A stretch of 64,000 nucleotides of DNA from Octopus vulgaris. Taxonomy: Eukaryota. A program made the position numbers and the translations under genes. Below, piece after piece: positions 61,934 through 64,000 of the stretch. How positions within the stretch are numbered: the stretch's first letter is position 1; every line of letters starts with the position of its first letter. The DNA lies in assembly GCA_951406725.2 (NCBI GenBank), contig OX597823.1, forward strand, positions 49,910,001 through 49,974,000. The letters run 5' to 3'. A model generated the notes under the pieces. It ran no database searches. It saw only the letters and a program-made list of their open reading frames with translations, and was not told the origin of the DNA.

Positions 61934-64000
61934 TGTCATTTTTATATCCATTGTCACTGTCTTTCTATTTGTTGTTTCTTGTATAAAATAACCATGCAAA
62001 CATTTCTTTACAAAATGATGATTCCTTTAATGTAGTGTTTGTGCTCTAGTAGTGTGTTTTGTTTTATTGTGTTCAAATGTTATATCACTGATTTATTCAC
62101 ATTGAGATTAATTATTACTTTTGTTCTTTCTGTTTGCTCTTTGTTGGCAGCGTATTGTTGCAGAGAAGAAGTAAGACAGTGCTAAATGTGTTTGATATTA
62201 TTGATAATCTAGTCTTGTAAATAAATACAAGATTCTAAACTGTATATGTATGGTTATACGGCTAAAGCTAGGTTTGTTATGGAGATAACTGTAGAAACAT
62301 GGGGTCGTTATGTCACCAGTTTAAAATCTTTTGGGAACATAGTCATCATCATCATCATTTAATGTCTATTTTCCATGCTAGCATGGGTTGGACGGCTTGA
62401 CAGGAACCTTTAAGGACAAGGACTGCAACAGGTTCCATAGTCTGTTTCAGCTTAGTTTCTATGGCTGGATGCCCTTCCTAACACCAACCATGCCAATGAG
62501 TGCACTGGGTGCATTTTATGTGGCATCATTGCAGATGTTTTTAAGTGGCATCAGCACAAGTGCTTTTTACATGTTATAAATGTGCACTCATAGGTTTTTG
62601 TGTGAGACAGAACTTAATATAACATTGTTTCCAAAACCATTCCCAATCAGTGGTGGTCACATTCTAAATTGAGCAAATATTAAATTTACTATAAATTTTA
62701 TTGTTATATAGGTACCTGTGTATTAGTACAAACAATACTAGTTTATTAATGCAGTACTATGTAAGATACTTGTTTGAGCACGGTGCCAGTTAATTAGTCT
62801 AGTCACTGCAGGAATTTAAAGTTTCTGCTCTTATATTAGTGTCAATTATAAGAGGTTTCAGAACATCATTGTCCAGAAAGTTGGTGTTGTAGCTGTGAAG
62901 ATATGTGGCTAAATAGTTGGGGTATTTGCCTCATGATTGTAAGGTGGTGAGAGATCAATTCCTGGCAGTGTGTTTTGTCCTTAGCATGACACTTTATTTC
63001 ACATTGCTCTAGTTCACTCATTAGGCACAAATGAGTAGTACCTGTATTTCAAAGGGCCCGCTCTGTTGTATTTTGTGTCACACTGAATCTCCCTGACAAC
63101 TGTGTTAAGAGTACACATGACTGCGGAGTGCTCAATTTCACAAACAGGATGTCCTACATTGATCAGGTCAGCTGGAACACTCATCATCGTAACTGACTGA
63201 GTGCCAGTTATACCTGTTCATACATGCAATGTTCTTGGTGTATGTATGTGTGTATGCTGTAAGACTTACTTCATCACCCATCATACAGTACGCCATATCC
63301 AGCAAAGGCTTTTGACATTTTGCATTTGCAAGCTTTTGAGCTTGTAGTCCACAAGGCACCACTCTGCATCTAATGCAACTGATTTCCATCTGAGTGAACA
63401 GGAGTAATGTACTTTGACCAAACACACTATGTTGTCTGGTTTAGGAATTGAATCCCCCACCACATGGTAGTGAGTCTAACACCCTAACCACCAGACTATG
63501 CATCTGTACAAGTTAGTTTCCTAATTATAATTTCTTGTAATTTTATATGATGTTGTGGAGCATTTATTTATTTTTGTAGATAACAGGGGAATGAATTGAA
63601 AAGAATAGCAATTATTATAATTAGAATGGTATGTGGTAGAGATTTGTAAATAAAAACTGTCTAAATTTGTCTTAAAGGTTAATGAGTAATGTGGTTGTTG
63701 GTTATAAAGGTCAGATGCTTTGTTGACTATTGGAAAGAGGGATGAATGGATTGATAGATCGGTGAAGTAAGGAAGATAGCTACCAGAATGCTTTTGAATG
63801 AAAGTAACCAGCACCAGAAACTGATTTGAGAGGATTGACTATTTTCACCAAGTTTTTGTTAGTTTCTTTACGAGTCAAGTTGTATGATAGTATTAGTTGC
63901 TTATTGTTTAGCCATATTTAAAAATAAATCTTTTCTCCTCATCATCTATCTACTTTCTGTGCTGTCATGAGATGGATTGGTTGTCATAGTTTTGAGTTGC

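Overview
AT-rich, microsatellite-dense eukaryotic genomic DNA. The repeat families look like a coleoid cephalopod, most likely Octopus; this is an inference. The only host coding exon I can support is a 147-nt phase-0 internal exon of WDR48/UAF1 (57760-57906, + strand), so most of the window is probably intron of that gene. The rest is repeats: several tRNA-derived SINE families, decayed RTE LINEs, mariner/Tc1/piggyBac/hAT/Helitron remnants and MITEs, and long fold-back palindromes. The most notable system is a set of Penelope-like retroelements (PLEs). One is a 5'-truncated but uninterrupted RT + GIY-YIG ORF (about 43467-45046). Downstream of it lies a CCAAT/TATA-like promoter module and a non-canonical minimal hammerhead ribozyme. 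A second, decayed PLE links a GIY-YIG remnant to a dispersed family of about 170-bp microsatellite-embedded elements carrying minimal hammerheads, one with a canonical core and three sharing an A6-to-U core variant. Most short ORFs in the supplied track are repeat or microsatellite artefacts. Repeat boundaries were read by eye and are approximate unless a TSD or TIR is quoted.
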